Shown here one piece after another: positions 30,000 through 40,991 of a stretch of DNA of 64,000 bases. How positions within the stretch are numbered: position 1 is the first letter of the stretch; every line of letters begins with the position of its first letter. This stretch comes from a virus. Below the pieces are notes generated by a model. It ran no database searches. It was given only the letters and a program-made list of their open reading frames with translations, and was not told the DNA's origin. Position numbers and translations under genes: made by a program. The stretch is taken from positions 69,025 through 133,024 of the IMG/VR virus record IMGVR_UViG_3300024261_000007; one strand, given 5' to 3'.

Positions 30000-32807
30000 A
30001 TGGCTAAAAAATATATACTTGATCCTTCAGGATCTATTATTGAATACACAACAGGCTCGAGGTCTAAATTACAAAATAAACCTCTTTACGAAAATATATC
30101 ACAAGTCAATAATAATTCCCCAGAAAGTATGACTGCAGATCTTGTTTCTATTGACGGCATTGAAATTGTAAATGCATCTGTAAATACAAGTTATCAAAAT
30201 AAACGTGCAGATTATTTTATGCAAGAAGCGTTATCTTTTGAAGGCAAAGAAGGTGAGTCTAATATCACTAGCCCAGAGCTTAAGGATTTGTTAAACTCAG
30301 GAGAAGACTTTTTAGCTAATGATATTTTTTTAGAAATAGAAAAAAACAAAAGTTTTGATTTTAAAAATGAAAGTACAACCGGCACTTTAAGCTATAAACC
30401 TTTTACTTATATTGGCGACGCATCAGAAATAGATATGGCTTCTGAGTTTGAAATATTAACAGGCGTAAACATATCAGCAGGATTTACAGCATCACCAGAA
30501 GTTTTTAGAACTTCTTTAATGGTTTTAGAATATTTTGTAAAAATAATAGCACGATGGGGAGTAATGGAAGCACTTGTAGCCTTAAATAAAGCAACAAACA
30601 ATATTTCGTCAGGAACAAATAATAAAATTGAAAGCTTTCACTTAACAATAGGAAGATATGATTTTACTACTTTTGATATTTTTAGCAATTACGTTTTTGA
30701 TGTTTTAAATTATCCTTATAAAAATTCAACTTTAATTGAAAGAATAACAGCTTATTTTATTGGCTTTACTGCATGGTGTGCACCAAACTCAGTCTTAAAC
30801 TTGGATCAAATAGTAAGAAACGGATCAGACAATGAATTTAAAAACTTTTTAGATGCAAGCTTAATATCAAAAGAAAAACACTTTTTGCTTTTTGGCACAG
30901 AATTACCTTCTATGCTTTTAGTAATGGCTTCTTCATCTATTGAATTAATCTTAGACAGCTTAGCTAATAGTCAACACGTAAAAAACAGAGTCAAACTGCT
31001 CACAAGAAAGTTTAAACAAGAAGCACATTGGAAAAACAACATTGTTTATAAATCAAAATTAGAAAATCTTAATTTTACAAATAATTCTATGAATAGTTTT
31101 GACAAGTTTATGTCAGATTTAAACTACTACTATATTAAGTTTTACATAGAAAGAGTTCAAATAGGACTTAAAATACTTAAAAAGTATTACAACGAAGAAA
31201 CTTACCAAAACAAAAAAAATAACAAGTCTTTTGTAGGCAAAGATTTAGCTGCAATTAGTAAAGAAAATTCTGCTGATAAAAATTTATCTGTATATGAAAA
31301 AGGAAATGGTCAGACCTCCACCGATGACGAAAGGTTGCATTTTAATTCTTTTAAATATTTTTGGAGAAAAGACTTAGCAAAGAGCAAAAACAACGAAAGC
31401 TTAAACTCTTTGCCTCAATTATTTAAATTTGGAAGTTCTTTAGCAAGCGATATAAGTGCGTTTGGAGGAAAGTTATCAATACAAGATTCTATTAGACAGA
31501 ATTTTGCTACCAAGTCAACCAAAGCAGGTTTGGATGAAAAGAGTGATAGGATAAGACTTCCTAAAGAGCTGGTAGAAACAATAGAAAACTATTTAGAGTC
31601 TGAGTATATGCCTTTTTATTTTCATGATGTAAGGACAAATGAAATTATTTCTTTCCACGCTTTTATTGAAAGTATATCAGATTCCTTTAATCCAGAATAT
31701 AATTCAGCAAGCGGCTTTGGTCGAATAGACGATGTCAGATCTTATATTAAGACTACACGAAATATTAATTTAAGTTTTACTGTTGCAGCAATGAATCCAG
31801 ATGATCATGACCTAATGTGGTATCAAATTAACAAGATTGTTGCAATGGTCTATCCTCAATGGTCAGATGGATTTCCAGCAAGACCTGTTGGAGCAGGTCA
31901 ACCTTTTAAATACCCGTTTTCACAAGTACCAACAGCATCACCTTTAATTAGACTAAGAGTTGGCGATGTAATTAAAAACAATTATAGCAGACTAAATCTT
32001 TTAAGACTTCACGGCGATGATCCAACTTTTGCGGAGAAAGCTTTCTATGATAATATTACAAACAAAAATGATGATACAAACAAAAACAAAGAAGAATGTT
32101 ATTTAAAGCCAGGTCTTTATAAGTTAGCTGATAGTACTGGAGGTCTTGATCTAGGTGTTTTTGATTATAACTTTGAAACATTGTCAAAAACATATAATGT
32201 GAATACAGAAACTAAAATAACTAAAATTGTAAGTGAATCAAAAAATACACTTGTTGTTGAAATACCAAATTATTTTAAGCCTAAAACAGAAAAAGACACC
32301 GGAGATTTTTTTAGCACTGACGTAGGAGACAATTTTATTCAATTGGTAGTCGATTCAATGGCAGTTATAAAAACAAGAGCAACTTTTGATGCTGTTGATA
32401 ATAATAATACAGCCCGAACTGGGTTAGTAAGTTTTAAAAATAATCCTTTGACAAGTTCTTATGAAAGTGGAATGAGTAGAGGTTTAGCAGGATTTATAAC
32501 ACAACTTGATGTAAACTATAACGAAGTTAATTGGGATGTTACAAGAATTGGATCAAAAGCGCCGATGATGGTAAAGATAACAGTTAACTTTGCACCAATA
32601 CATGATATACCACCTGGATTAGATCATAATGGCATGTTAAGAGCACCTGTATATAATGTGGGTAGAGTAAATAATCAAATGTTTGGTGATTCACAAGGCC
32701 CAGCTAATTCTGGAGGTGAAAGAGATAGCGGTTACAATATATCAACAGGGTTTAATAATGCAACAAAAGCAAGTGCAATTAAAAAGTTTATGAACGAAAA
32801 TAGTTAA
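30000..32807 (+). CDS. Baseplate tube-initiator-like protein (gp48/gp54-like domain in C-terminal half)
   Basis: PFYFHDVRTNEIISFHAFIESISDSF..GFGRIDDV.SY..TTRNINLSF, SPLIRLRVGD, GFITQLDV..W..APMMVKITVNF. Confidence 0.65.
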   Translation: MAKKYILDPSGSIIEYTTGSRSKLQNKPLYENISQVNNNSPESMTADLVSIDGIEIVNASVNTSYQNKRADYFMQEALSFEGKEGESNITSPELKDLLNSGEDFLANDIFLEIEKNKSFDFKNESTTGTLSYKPFTYIGDASEIDMASEFEILTGVNISAGFTASPEVFRTSLMVLEYFVKIIARWGVMEALVALNKATNNISSGTNNKIESFHLTIGRYDFTTFDIFSNYVFDVLNYPYKNSTLIERITAYFIGFTAWCAPNSVLNLDQIVRNGSDNEFKNFLDASLISKEKHFLLFGTELPSMLLVMASSSIELILDSLANSQHVKNRVKLLTRKFKQEAHWKNNIVYKSKLENLNFTNNSMNSFDKFMSDLNYYYIKFYIERVQIGLKILKKYYNEETYQNKKNNKSFVGKDLAAISKENSADKNLSVYEKGNGQTSTDDERLHFNSFKYFWRKDLAKSKNNESLNSLPQLFKFGSSLASDISAFGGKLSIQDSIRQNFATKSTKAGLDEKSDRIRLPKELVETIENYLESEYMPFYFHDVRTNEIISFHAFIESISDSFNPEYNSASGFGRIDDVRSYIKTTRNINLSFTVAAMNPDDHDLMWYQINKIVAMVYPQWSDGFPARPVGAGQPFKYPFSQVPTASPLIRLRVGDVIKNNYSRLNLLRLHGDDPTFAEKAFYDNITNKNDDTNKNKEECYLKPGLYKLADSTGGLDLGVFDYNFETLSKTYNVNTETKITKIVSESKNTLVVEIPNYFKPKTEKDTGDFFSTDVGDNFIQLVVDSMAVIKTRATFDAVDNNNTARTGLVSFKNNPLTSSYESGMSRGLAGFITQLDVNYNEVNWDVTRIGSKAPMMVKITVNFAPIHDIPPGLDHNGMLRAPVYNVGRVNNQMFGDSQGPANSGGERDSGYNISTGFNNATKASAIKKFMNENS

Positions 32808-32820
32808 AAAGGAGAATTTC

Positions 32821-33117
32821 ATGGCAGTAATAAGTAGATTTAACAGTAAAGGGAAAAGTGTTGCTAATGATCTTTATCGAGGTGTTGAAAACGGGACCAT
32901 TAGAATTACAGATGCTGTAGAAGCTAACGGTTTAAGGTTAGATCACTTAGCTTATGAATATTATGGTGATGGTTTAAACTGGTGGATAATAGCTGCTGCA
33001 AATGGTATTAGGTGGCCGTTAGGAATAGGATCTGGAAACGCTAACAGGGAAAGCCCGGGAGAAAAAATAATATTGTTTATACCTAACGTTAACGATGTAT
33101 TAAACTTATTAAAATAA
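32821..33117 (+). CDS. LysM-like baseplate wedge protein (gp53 / tail X-like)
   Basis: RLDHLAYEYYGDGLNWWIIAAANGI...LFIP. Confidence 0.75.
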   Translation: MAVISRFNSKGKSVANDLYRGVENGTIRITDAVEANGLRLDHLAYEYYGDGLNWWIIAAANGIRWPLGIGSGNANRESPGEKIILFIPNVNDVLNLLK

Positions 33118-33135
33118 AATATAAAAGAGAAAAAC

Positions 33136-36100
33136 ATGTCAATAATTGATGTAATAAAAGAGTCAAAGCTACACAACTATACAGACATAATGTCTGATCA
33201 GGAAGTTATTCAAACAATACTTTCAGGTGTTAAGCCTACAGGAACAAGTGGTAATAGAGAATTTATTCAAGAACTATCAAGTTTAAAAGATCCAGATAGT
33301 CAAGAAATAATAAATGTAGCTGCTGATATGTTTCAATCAATTACAAATTCAGCAAGAACAACACGTGAAATACTGGAACATTTATACGCAAACTATTCTA
33401 ATGAATCTATTAATTTGCTTTCTAATTTTATAAAAATAGTTCATGCTAAAGACTATACTCTTAAAATTGATAATCCGAATGATACAGCTTTGTCTAAAAT
33501 TAAAAATAAACAACAGAAATTAAGTCAGTTACCTTTTTCTGTTAAAAAAGAAAAACTAAGTACAAAAGAAAAAGATGGCGCGTCAATTGAATCTGGTTTA
33601 TTTAGATTTGAAGAAACTTATGGCTTATATAGACAAAAAGCAGAAAAAGAAGATGAACTCTATTCTGTAGAAGAAATTTTATTTTCAAAAGCTAATATTG
33701 ACAAAGCAAAAAAAGATGAAACGGAAGGTAAATCAACAAAAAATATTATTGTTAACAATTGCAAAATAAGCGATGAAAAACAAGAAATTATTGAAAGTAA
33801 GCTTGATACAAGCATGTCTTTTATTTTAATAGATAGTCCTGATATTAAAATCGGGACAAGAAATTCTATAGAATTAGCTACTTTTTTTAATTTATTAAGC
33901 ACTATAGAATTAAGTAAATGTATGCCTTATTTTGATGCGACATTTTTAATTCCAAGCTTGACGCCTTCAAGCCCAGGATCTACGTCAAGATTTAGATCAG
34001 CTTCTATTACTCAGTTTTTAAAAGGAACGCCTGAAAATCCTGGAAACGAGTCTTATGTTTATAAAACGTTAAATAAGACATATGAAAAGTCTGTTGGTAG
34101 TAAAAAAGTTGATGGAGTTGAAACAAACATGTCAATTTTTACAACGCCACAAACATTGAACTTTTTTGATGAAATAATGATTGGTCATCATGAAAATGTA
34201 GAAGATTATCTTTTTAATCAAAGAGTTGAAAGAAGACCTACTACTATACATGATATTACAAGACCTTTTATGACAATAAAAAGTTTTAGTATTGATGTTG
34301 CTCCAACGCAAGGTTTAATGTCTTTTAAGACAGGTAAAATAAGTCTTGTTATTCATGATAGAACAAGAATACAAGACATTGCTCCTTTTGTTAAACCAGA
34401 CATGTTTGGTTCTTACGGTTCGGAAATTGTTGTTGAATACGGATGGGCAAATATTGATGCTATTAATGAAGACGAAAAAGATAAAAATTACTTAGGCGAC
34501 TTTTTAAATCAGTCAAGAGTTGTTGAAAAATATATAATTACAAATTCATCTTTTTCAATGGACAATAACGGTCAAGTCAATGTAGACTTGTCAATTGCTG
34601 CAAGAGGCCCTATTGACATTAGAAACGTAGTTTTTAAGACTGATGCTTTGGAGGCAATGAATTTAAAGGCAGCCCAAAAGCACGAAGTTAATTATAAAAA
34701 TAAAAATGTTGAGTTTACAGAAAAATATAAAATTGAAGTAAACTCAGGAATATTTTCAGCTATTTATGGTGAAGTATCGCGAGACTATAGAGATACAAAA
34801 AACATGAACAGTATGTTTACTTCTTCAGCAAAACTTTTTACTCAACCACATCCAAGCGCAAGAAATACTAAGGGTGTTAAACTAACAAAATACAAGTATT
34901 TAGTAAATAATTTTATAAAAAAGAAAAGTAAATTAAATCTTGATACAAAGTTAGCAGATATTATAAACGAATTTAACAAATTTACAAGAAAAAAAGATGA
35001 CAAAGAAGTACTGACGGACATGCCTTCTGTAGCAATTGGTTTTACTATTAACGGAAATGATCCTTCAGGTACAATAGGAACAAAGAGTAAAAATTCTAAA
35101 GTCAAATTTGCAGATATGACTGTACGTAATCTCTGGGAAAGATCTGTGTACGAAAAAGCTAAAGAAGCTACAGCTTTAAAACAAACAAATCCTTCTGCGA
35201 CAACCAAGCAAACTCAAGCTCAAACTACACCTGCTGCTCCTTCTTTACAAGCTGATCATCAGTTTTTAATAGATTTTAAAGATTCTTTGCTTAACATATT
35301 AGAAAGTTCTAATAAAGTTTACGGTAGATATAGTAATGTTAAACGCCGCAGACTAGATGAAGTTAAAGATGTTATAAAAAAAATAATAGGTGGCTTGAGT
35401 GAAGCTGATCCTTTTTATAATAAAGAGTTTACTGAAAGATATAATAGAATAATTCTTAACAAAAACACTGGCGGAAATAAGATACCTATTAATACTATAA
35501 GTTCAAAACTTAATGGTCCATCACTGCAGCCTAAAGGAACACAATATGTTTCACTTGGTTCATTTATAACAGGATTAATAGGTTCTCACCTTGTAAGCAC
35601 AGGCAAGTTTAATGAAATACAAATTGTTTCTTATACAACAAATCACTACGCCGGTTTATTTTCAAATCTAAATGTTGCTTCTTTGCTAATAGATAGAGCT
35701 GATTTATATGATTATTTAGAAAATCTTTTTTTGGAAGGTGGAGAGTTTACTGTTGAAAGCATAATTTCTCAAGTCGTAAATGAATTTTTAATAACAAGAT
35801 CTTCTATAAATTATGGTCTTAACAAGTTCTACGTAAAAGATAAAAATAAAACAACAAAAGCAAGAAGAGGTAAAATTAAGATTTTTGACGAAAGAACAAC
35901 TTTAAATACTCAAACCGTAGCTCTACAGCAAGAAAGCGTTTCAAAAATAATTAAATTAATATCTTTAGGACTTGAGCAAGGAAATTTAAAAGAGAAAGGC
36001 AAAGATTTATATCTTGAGATGAATAAAAATCCTGATGATTACAAATATTTAGATACTACAAAATTTGTTATGCCTAAGATAAAGTTAACTTTTGACACAT

Positions 36101-39033
36101 TAACAAGCAGAGAAGATAACGAAAAAACTATATGCAGAATTTCTTTATACGACCAGTCAAATAACCCGTTTGGCTCTGTAAGTGACATTATGGAAAACAT
36201 CTATGACAAAGACATGTCAACACTTACTCATAGAATTAACTTAGCACAAAGAGCATATAATTCAAAAGCATCTGACGCAAAAAAGAAGAATAGATCTGTT
36301 AGTGAAAAAGTAAAAATAGCGCATCAACAAAAGCTTTCTGAAATTGTTGAAGAGTTTGTTTTTGACAAAGCAAAAACTGATGAGGTTTATGGCCCAGAGG
36401 GTGTGCCTAGCCCTTTAAACACTCAAAATGGAGTCAGTCCTTTAGCCGGCTTTGATATGTTATCTAATGGAAAATTTATTGACAATTTACTTTCAAATAC
36501 AGGAATTTCAAATACAAAAATTTCAAATACAAAAAGAATTCCTTTGACTAAAAAAGGTAATAGAGCAATATTAGAATTAGACAAAGATTCAACCGGTAAA
36601 GTTACAAGTGTAAAGATAATAAGTTCTTCACCTATTTCAAATTTAAAAGCAAGATATAAGAGTATTATGCCTTCAATTACGTACGGTTCTCAAAACTCTG
36701 CAATAATTGAAGCATCTGTTACAACTGTAAACGAGTCAAAATTAAATACAGTTTACTTAACAAGAAATTATCAGTCTAAGACTTCTGAAAACAATAAAGT
36801 AAAAGCTATATTTGAAGATGAACTTCCTTTAAGAATAGTTCCTGCGCAAGCAAGTATAACAATGTTTGGTTGTCCTTTTGTTAATTTTGCACAATATTTG
36901 TTTTTGGACTTTGAAACTGGTACAACTTTAGATAATACATACTTTGTTACTGGCATTAAACATGATTTGACACCTGGCAAGTTTACGACACAATTGACTT
37001 TATCATATGGCGATATTTACGGTAAATATGAAAATATGGCTTCAACCATACAAAAGGCTGTAAATCAATTTGCAGGATTTGCTTCTTTACCTTCCCAAGA
37101 CGGTACACCTTCGTCTGAGGCTACCCCATCAGAAGGTGCAACTGTAGAAGAAGTTGCCAAAGATCCAAGTAAAGAGAACACTGGTGCTAAAAAGGCTGTT
37201 AAAAATCAAAAAAGAAAGAAGCTTTTAAGCAAAGACAAAGCATCACAAAATATTTATGCGACAAACGTTTTTACTGTTTACTTTTTTTCTACGTCTGGAC
37301 AAAACAAGACGACGTCAATATATCCTCTTGAAGCTTCTAATAATCAACGTATTGATGAAAATAGTGTTTCTTCAAGCAATAAAGATCAGCAACGTCAAAG
37401 AGTAACAATAAAAAATAACAAAAACATTCTTCAATTTACATCAGCAAATGGTCAAAAAAATAGTGATTCATTAAAGCCTGATTACATGGCAACGGCAAAG
37501 TTTAATAAATTTTACACTAACTTGACATATCTTACTAAACAAGATATTTTAGGTGGTATACAAGTAAAAAATAATAATGTAATATCAGTTAATAATCCTG
37601 TAAAAGATGATATTTCCGGGAGAGTTTCGTTAATAGATTTTAGAGATCCTATTTACAACGATAATTTTTTCAATAAAGCTTTTTCAATCTATAAAAATCT
37701 AATAGATGATACTCCACTAGGTGATCTAAATAAACCAGAAAAACCACATTCAAAAGAAGTGAGTTTTTCTTACGAAGTTAGTCAATATGATATTTCTGTT
37801 AATGTGAAGAATACAAATACAGATGACGTAGTGCAAATACAATATTCAGAGCCACAAAGAAAGATTAATCTAACTGGAAAAGAAAGTTTATCTTATTCTG
37901 AAAATTGTAAAGTCGCTATTGATATAAGCATTAAACCAAATAAATTAAACACAGGAAGTTTTAACTATTTGTATTTTGACCTATTATCTTCACCTTTTTT
38001 TATTAATAGACGAGATAAAAAAACAAATAATTTGCATGTTAATTTAGATAAAGCTATAATAGAATCAATAAAAGACTTTAAAACCGATATACAACTTTTA
38101 AACAAGTATAAATTGTTTAGATATATTACAATGACTGATTCTCTTGGAGTTAAGTTTAAACTTAATAATTTCTTTTATAAAAAAGGATCAAAATCTGCAG
38201 CTGAAAATAGCATGAAAGCTTTAATATTAAGGGATGATTCTTCAAATCTTTACAAGAAAAAATGGGCTAACTCTGACATGGATTCTTTGTTTTCTTTTGA
38301 ATTTAACGCCGGAAATGATCAAGAAGAATTTGAACAAAGAATAAACGGATTAAAACATGAATTAATAAATGCTCAAAACATTTTTTTAAAAGAACTTGCT
38401 TTAGGGAGCTATTCAAACAAAAGTGTAAACTGTTGTTATAGACAAGAAATAGGAATAAAAAAAAAAATATCTGTTCAAAGTACAATTAAATCTGAAGTTG
38501 GTAAAAAAATATTATACTTTAAAAATTATAAAAAATTTGAAGATTTAGTAAAAAAATATGTAATACTCGACATATTTGATTTTAACACACAAAAAGAATT
38601 ATATTCTCATTCAATTAGTGCTGATGGTGTTACAAACACATCACTGCTTACTAATCTTGATACTTTTACTGCGGGAATAAATAAAGAACATATATTTGAT
38701 AATAAATATAAAAGTATAAAAATAAATCAAATATTTTCAGATGTTGATTCTTTGCTTCTTAGAGAATTTAAATTTAATACAACACATAGCATGTCATGGA
38801 AAGATCATAAAATTAATCTGGTTGATAATGGTGGAGCTATAATAAATAATAAAAAAAACAAGTCAAACAAGGTTGTAGAATTTTCTGTAATGAGAAAAGC
38901 TGCTAAAAAAATTGCGCATATAAATTTTGATAGATGTATGGTAAAAATTTTAGAATTGTTTGTTCCTTTAGATTGGGATGAATTATATTTTGAAGACAAA
39001 AAATTTACAATTAAAAAAGAAGAGCATAAATGA
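33136..39033 (+). CDS. Giant baseplate hub protein (gp27/gpD-like) with long C-terminal extension
   Basis: IVVEYGW, ITNSSFSM..GQVNVDLSI and ITMFGCP..Y.VTGIKHDLTPGKFTTQLTL hub-type motifs; follows LysM-like gene. Confidence 0.6.
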   Translation: MSIIDVIKESKLHNYTDIMSDQEVIQTILSGVKPTGTSGNREFIQELSSLKDPDSQEIINVAADMFQSITNSARTTREILEHLYANYSNESINLLSNFIKIVHAKDYTLKIDNPNDTALSKIKNKQQKLSQLPFSVKKEKLSTKEKDGASIESGLFRFEETYGLYRQKAEKEDELYSVEEILFSKANIDKAKKDETEGKSTKNIIVNNCKISDEKQEIIESKLDTSMSFILIDSPDIKIGTRNSIELATFFNLLSTIELSKCMPYFDATFLIPSLTPSSPGSTSRFRSASITQFLKGTPENPGNESYVYKTLNKTYEKSVGSKKVDGVETNMSIFTTPQTLNFFDEIMIGHHENVEDYLFNQRVERRPTTIHDITRPFMTIKSFSIDVAPTQGLMSFKTGKISLVIHDRTRIQDIAPFVKPDMFGSYGSEIVVEYGWANIDAINEDEKDKNYLGDFLNQSRVVEKYIITNSSFSMDNNGQVNVDLSIAARGPIDIRNVVFKTDALEAMNLKAAQKHEVNYKNKNVEFTEKYKIEVNSGIFSAIYGEVSRDYRDTKNMNSMFTSSAKLFTQPHPSARNTKGVKLTKYKYLVNNFIKKKSKLNLDTKLADIINEFNKFTRKKDDKEVLTDMPSVAIGFTINGNDPSGTIGTKSKNSKVKFADMTVRNLWERSVYEKAKEATALKQTNPSATTKQTQAQTTPAAPSLQADHQFLIDFKDSLLNILESSNKVYGRYSNVKRRRLDEVKDVIKKIIGGLSEADPFYNKEFTERYNRIILNKNTGGNKIPINTISSKLNGPSLQPKGTQYVSLGSFITGLIGSHLVSTGKFNEIQIVSYTTNHYAGLFSNLNVASLLIDRADLYDYLENLFLEGGEFTVESIISQVVNEFLITRSSINYGLNKFYVKDKNKTTKARRGKIKIFDERTTLNTQTVALQQESVSKIIKLISLGLEQGNLKEKGKDLYLEMNKNPDDYKYLDTTKFVMPKIKLTFDTLTSREDNEKTICRISLYDQSNNPFGSVSDIMENIYDKDMSTLTHRINLAQRAYNSKASDAKKKNRSVSEKVKIAHQQKLSEIVEEFVFDKAKTDEVYGPEGVPSPLNTQNGVSPLAGFDMLSNGKFIDNLLSNTGISNTKISNTKRIPLTKKGNRAILELDKDSTGKVTSVKIISSSPISNLKARYKSIMPSITYGSQNSAIIEASVTTVNESKLNTVYLTRNYQSKTSENNKVKAIFEDELPLRIVPAQASITMFGCPFVNFAQYLFLDFETGTTLDNTYFVTGIKHDLTPGKFTTQLTLSYGDIYGKYENMASTIQKAVNQFAGFASLPSQDGTPSSEATPSEGATVEEVAKDPSKENTGAKKAVKNQKRKKLLSKDKASQNIYATNVFTVYFFSTSGQNKTTSIYPLEASNNQRIDENSVSSSNKDQQRQRVTIKNNKNILQFTSANGQKNSDSLKPDYMATAKFNKFYTNLTYLTKQDILGGIQVKNNNVISVNNPVKDDISGRVSLIDFRDPIYNDNFFNKAFSIYKNLIDDTPLGDLNKPEKPHSKEVSFSYEVSQYDISVNVKNTNTDDVVQIQYSEPQRKINLTGKESLSYSENCKVAIDISIKPNKLNTGSFNYLYFDLLSSPFFINRRDKKTNNLHVNLDKAIIESIKDFKTDIQLLNKYKLFRYITMTDSLGVKFKLNNFFYKKGSKSAAENSMKALILRDDSSNLYKKKWANSDMDSLFSFEFNAGNDQEEFEQRINGLKHELINAQNIFLKELALGSYSNKSVNCCYRQEIGIKKKISVQSTIKSEVGKKILYFKNYKKFEDLVKKYVILDIFDFNTQKELYSHSISADGVTNTSLLTNLDTFTAGINKEHIFDNKYKSIKINQIFSDVDSLLLREFKFNTTHSMSWKDHKINLVDNGGAIINNKKNKSNKVVEFSVMRKAAKKIAHINFDRCMVKILELFVPLDWDELYFEDKKFTIKKEEHK
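36491..36535 (+). repeat. In-frame 15-bp tandem repeat x3 (TTTCAAATACAxxAA)
   Basis: TTTCAAATACAGGAA, TTTCAAATACAAAAA, TTTCAAATACAAAAA. Confidence 0.85.
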
Positions 39034-39034
39034 C

Positions 39035-39063
39035 GTGTAAATATTTTAAATAGATTATACAAT
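39035..39063 (+). promoter_or_regulatory. Early/middle-type promoter (GTGTAA-17-TACAAT)
   Basis: Same motif and spacing as the other copies in the replication region. Confidence 0.6.
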
Positions 39064-39069
39064 ATAGGT

Positions 39070-40110
39070 ATGAGTAATATATACAATCTGTTTAAAATAA
39101 ATAATTTAAGTCAATATGACAAGTATACGAAGATGTTTAACAATAAAGTGGTAGACATGAATCTTCTTTTGCCTGAGCATATTACAAGTGATTATGAAGC
39201 TGACTTAGAAAATACTTTAGCTATCTTAAAAAAGAAAGATATATCATGTTATAGTGATAAAGTAAAAAATTATAAAGAGTTGTTTAAAGCCTTGAAAAGA
39301 GCAAAAATAAATTTGCTTTACTATAAGACCATATTAAGCATAGAAAAAAATAGCACAGTAAAATCTACATTATTGTCATTTAAACCTGTTAATGGTTATG
39401 CTAATTTAGCTAAATATGAAATGTTCAAAACAATTACAGGTAGACTTGTAAACAAAGAAAGTTCAAGAATATTAACACTTCCTTCAAAGTATAGAAAAAT
39501 TTTTGAAAGTCTCTGGGGAAATGAAGGAAAAATTATTAGTATAGACTTTAAAACATTAGAGCCAAGGATTGCAAGAAAGTTAAACGGGCAAAAATCAAGT
39601 AATGATATATACGAAGAACTTTCTAATGACTTAGACTACAAGGTAGATCGATCAATTATTAAAAGAGCAGTAATATCTATATTGTACGGATCAAATGCAC
39701 CTTTAAAAGAACTAAGTAAAGAAAGAAGTGATGCAGTTTTATCAGCAGTGAAAGATTATTTTAATCTTGATAGTTTGTTAAGAATTGCAGATAATTGTGA
39801 AAACAGAGAATATAGAATAAACTATTTTGGAAGACCGTTACATAATTTAGATGAAACAAACAATAACAAGATAATAAATAATTTGATACAATCATCAGCA
39901 GTTGATGTTGCATTGACTTATTTTTATAATTTAGTTAAAACATTAGACACTGATATGTGTAGACCTTTATTTATTATACACGATGCAATTGTATTTGATG
40001 TTAAATTAGATTATTTAGAAAAATTAAAAATAGAAGTAGAAAAAGGATATGATTGTCAAAAACTTGGTAATTTTCCTTTAGAATTAACTAACCTTTTTAA
40101 GGAACAATAA
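39070..40110 (+). CDS. Family A DNA polymerase domain only (no exonuclease domains)
   Basis: TITGRL, motif A ISIDFKTLEPRI, motif B RSIIKRAVISILYG, NNLIQSSAVD, motif C IIHDAIVFD; 346 aa. Confidence 0.8.
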   Translation: MSNIYNLFKINNLSQYDKYTKMFNNKVVDMNLLLPEHITSDYEADLENTLAILKKKDISCYSDKVKNYKELFKALKRAKINLLYYKTILSIEKNSTVKSTLLSFKPVNGYANLAKYEMFKTITGRLVNKESSRILTLPSKYRKIFESLWGNEGKIISIDFKTLEPRIARKLNGQKSSNDIYEELSNDLDYKVDRSIIKRAVISILYGSNAPLKELSKERSDAVLSAVKDYFNLDSLLRIADNCENREYRINYFGRPLHNLDETNNNKIINNLIQSSAVDVALTYFYNLVKTLDTDMCRPLFIIHDAIVFDVKLDYLEKLKIEVEKGYDCQKLGNFPLELTNLFKEQ

Positions 40111-40111
40111 A

Positions 40112-40717
40112 ATGTATAAAGAGAGAGATATTGAAAACCTTTGGCTAAAATATGAAAAGCTTTTAAGCAACGTTAAATCTGTAGGTATTGATAAGTTGCT
40201 TGAAGAGTTTGGACAAAGAATAATAGAGTCATCTTATTCGCAAAGAGACAAAGAAGTGTTTTGTGGAATTGCTGGAAACGTAGAGTATTCTTTGACTTTA
40301 GCAAAAAATGCAAATGCTATATGCAAAGCTTTAAACTATGATATTAATAGCAGTTCAATTATAAAATGTGCTTTATTGTCAATTTTAGGTAGAGTAGGAA
40401 CTCAATTTGAAGACAGACTTAAAGAATCAGAATCTGAGTGGCATAGAGAAAAGCTTGGTCAATACTATGAATGGAACGAATCTTGTCCTAAGTATTCTAT
40501 TAATCACATGACGTTATATCACCTACAGCGATTTGGCGTTAACTTGTTATGGGATGAATTTGAAGCTTTATCTCTTTTAAAAGACATGTCAAGTGAAGAC
40601 AACAAGTTTTACGGTATGCACAAATCAAGATTATCAGTTGTCTTAAATTTAGCACATGAAGCGACTATTAAAGACGAGTTAGATAAAATTAAAGGTGTAT
40701 ATACTGTACCATTCTAA
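40112..40717 (+). CDS. HD-fold-like protein with degenerate metal-binding motif
   Basis: CALLSILGRVG where LLHDLGKIG is expected; SEWHREKLGQYY; YHLQRFGVNL..DEF. Confidence 0.55.
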   Translation: MYKERDIENLWLKYEKLLSNVKSVGIDKLLEEFGQRIIESSYSQRDKEVFCGIAGNVEYSLTLAKNANAICKALNYDINSSSIIKCALLSILGRVGTQFEDRLKESESEWHREKLGQYYEWNESCPKYSINHMTLYHLQRFGVNLLWDEFEALSLLKDMSSEDNKFYGMHKSRLSVVLNLAHEATIKDELDKIKGVYTVPF

Positions 40718-40741
40718 TAATTACGTTAAAGGAGAAGTTAT

Positions 40742-40951
40742 ATGTATATAGATCTTTATTATAACGTTCTTGAAAAGTTAAGTCAACTTTCTGAAACAAA
40801 TAAACATGTTGAACCTGACGATGAAGTTCAAGAGCACGCAATTGCAGGTATGGCTTTGCCTCTTGGTCATTCTCCAGAAACTATTAATAACAAATCTAAC
40901 AAGAAGAAAAAGAAGAAAAAGAGAACAAAATCTCCATCTGATCATTTATAA
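40742..40951 (+). CDS. Small hypothetical protein with basic tail
   Basis: AGGAG RBS; EHAIAGMALPLG then poly-Lys. Confidence 0.6.
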   Translation: MYIDLYYNVLEKLSQLSETNKHVEPDDEVQEHAIAGMALPLGHSPETINNKSNKKKKKKKRTKSPSDHL

Positions 40952-40991
40952 GTTATTAAAATTATTAAAATAAAATTAAAAATTAAATTAT

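Noticed and set aside
28642-36535. Short in-frame tandem repeats as phase-variation or DGR targets
   Set aside because: Unit lengths are multiples of three with only three copies; no reverse transcriptase or template/variable repeat pair seen; likely linker slippage
2822-39033. Bacterial extracellular contractile injection system or tailocin rather than phage
   Set aside because: Neck/head-closure genes and a contiguous phage replication module indicate a complete phage genome segment
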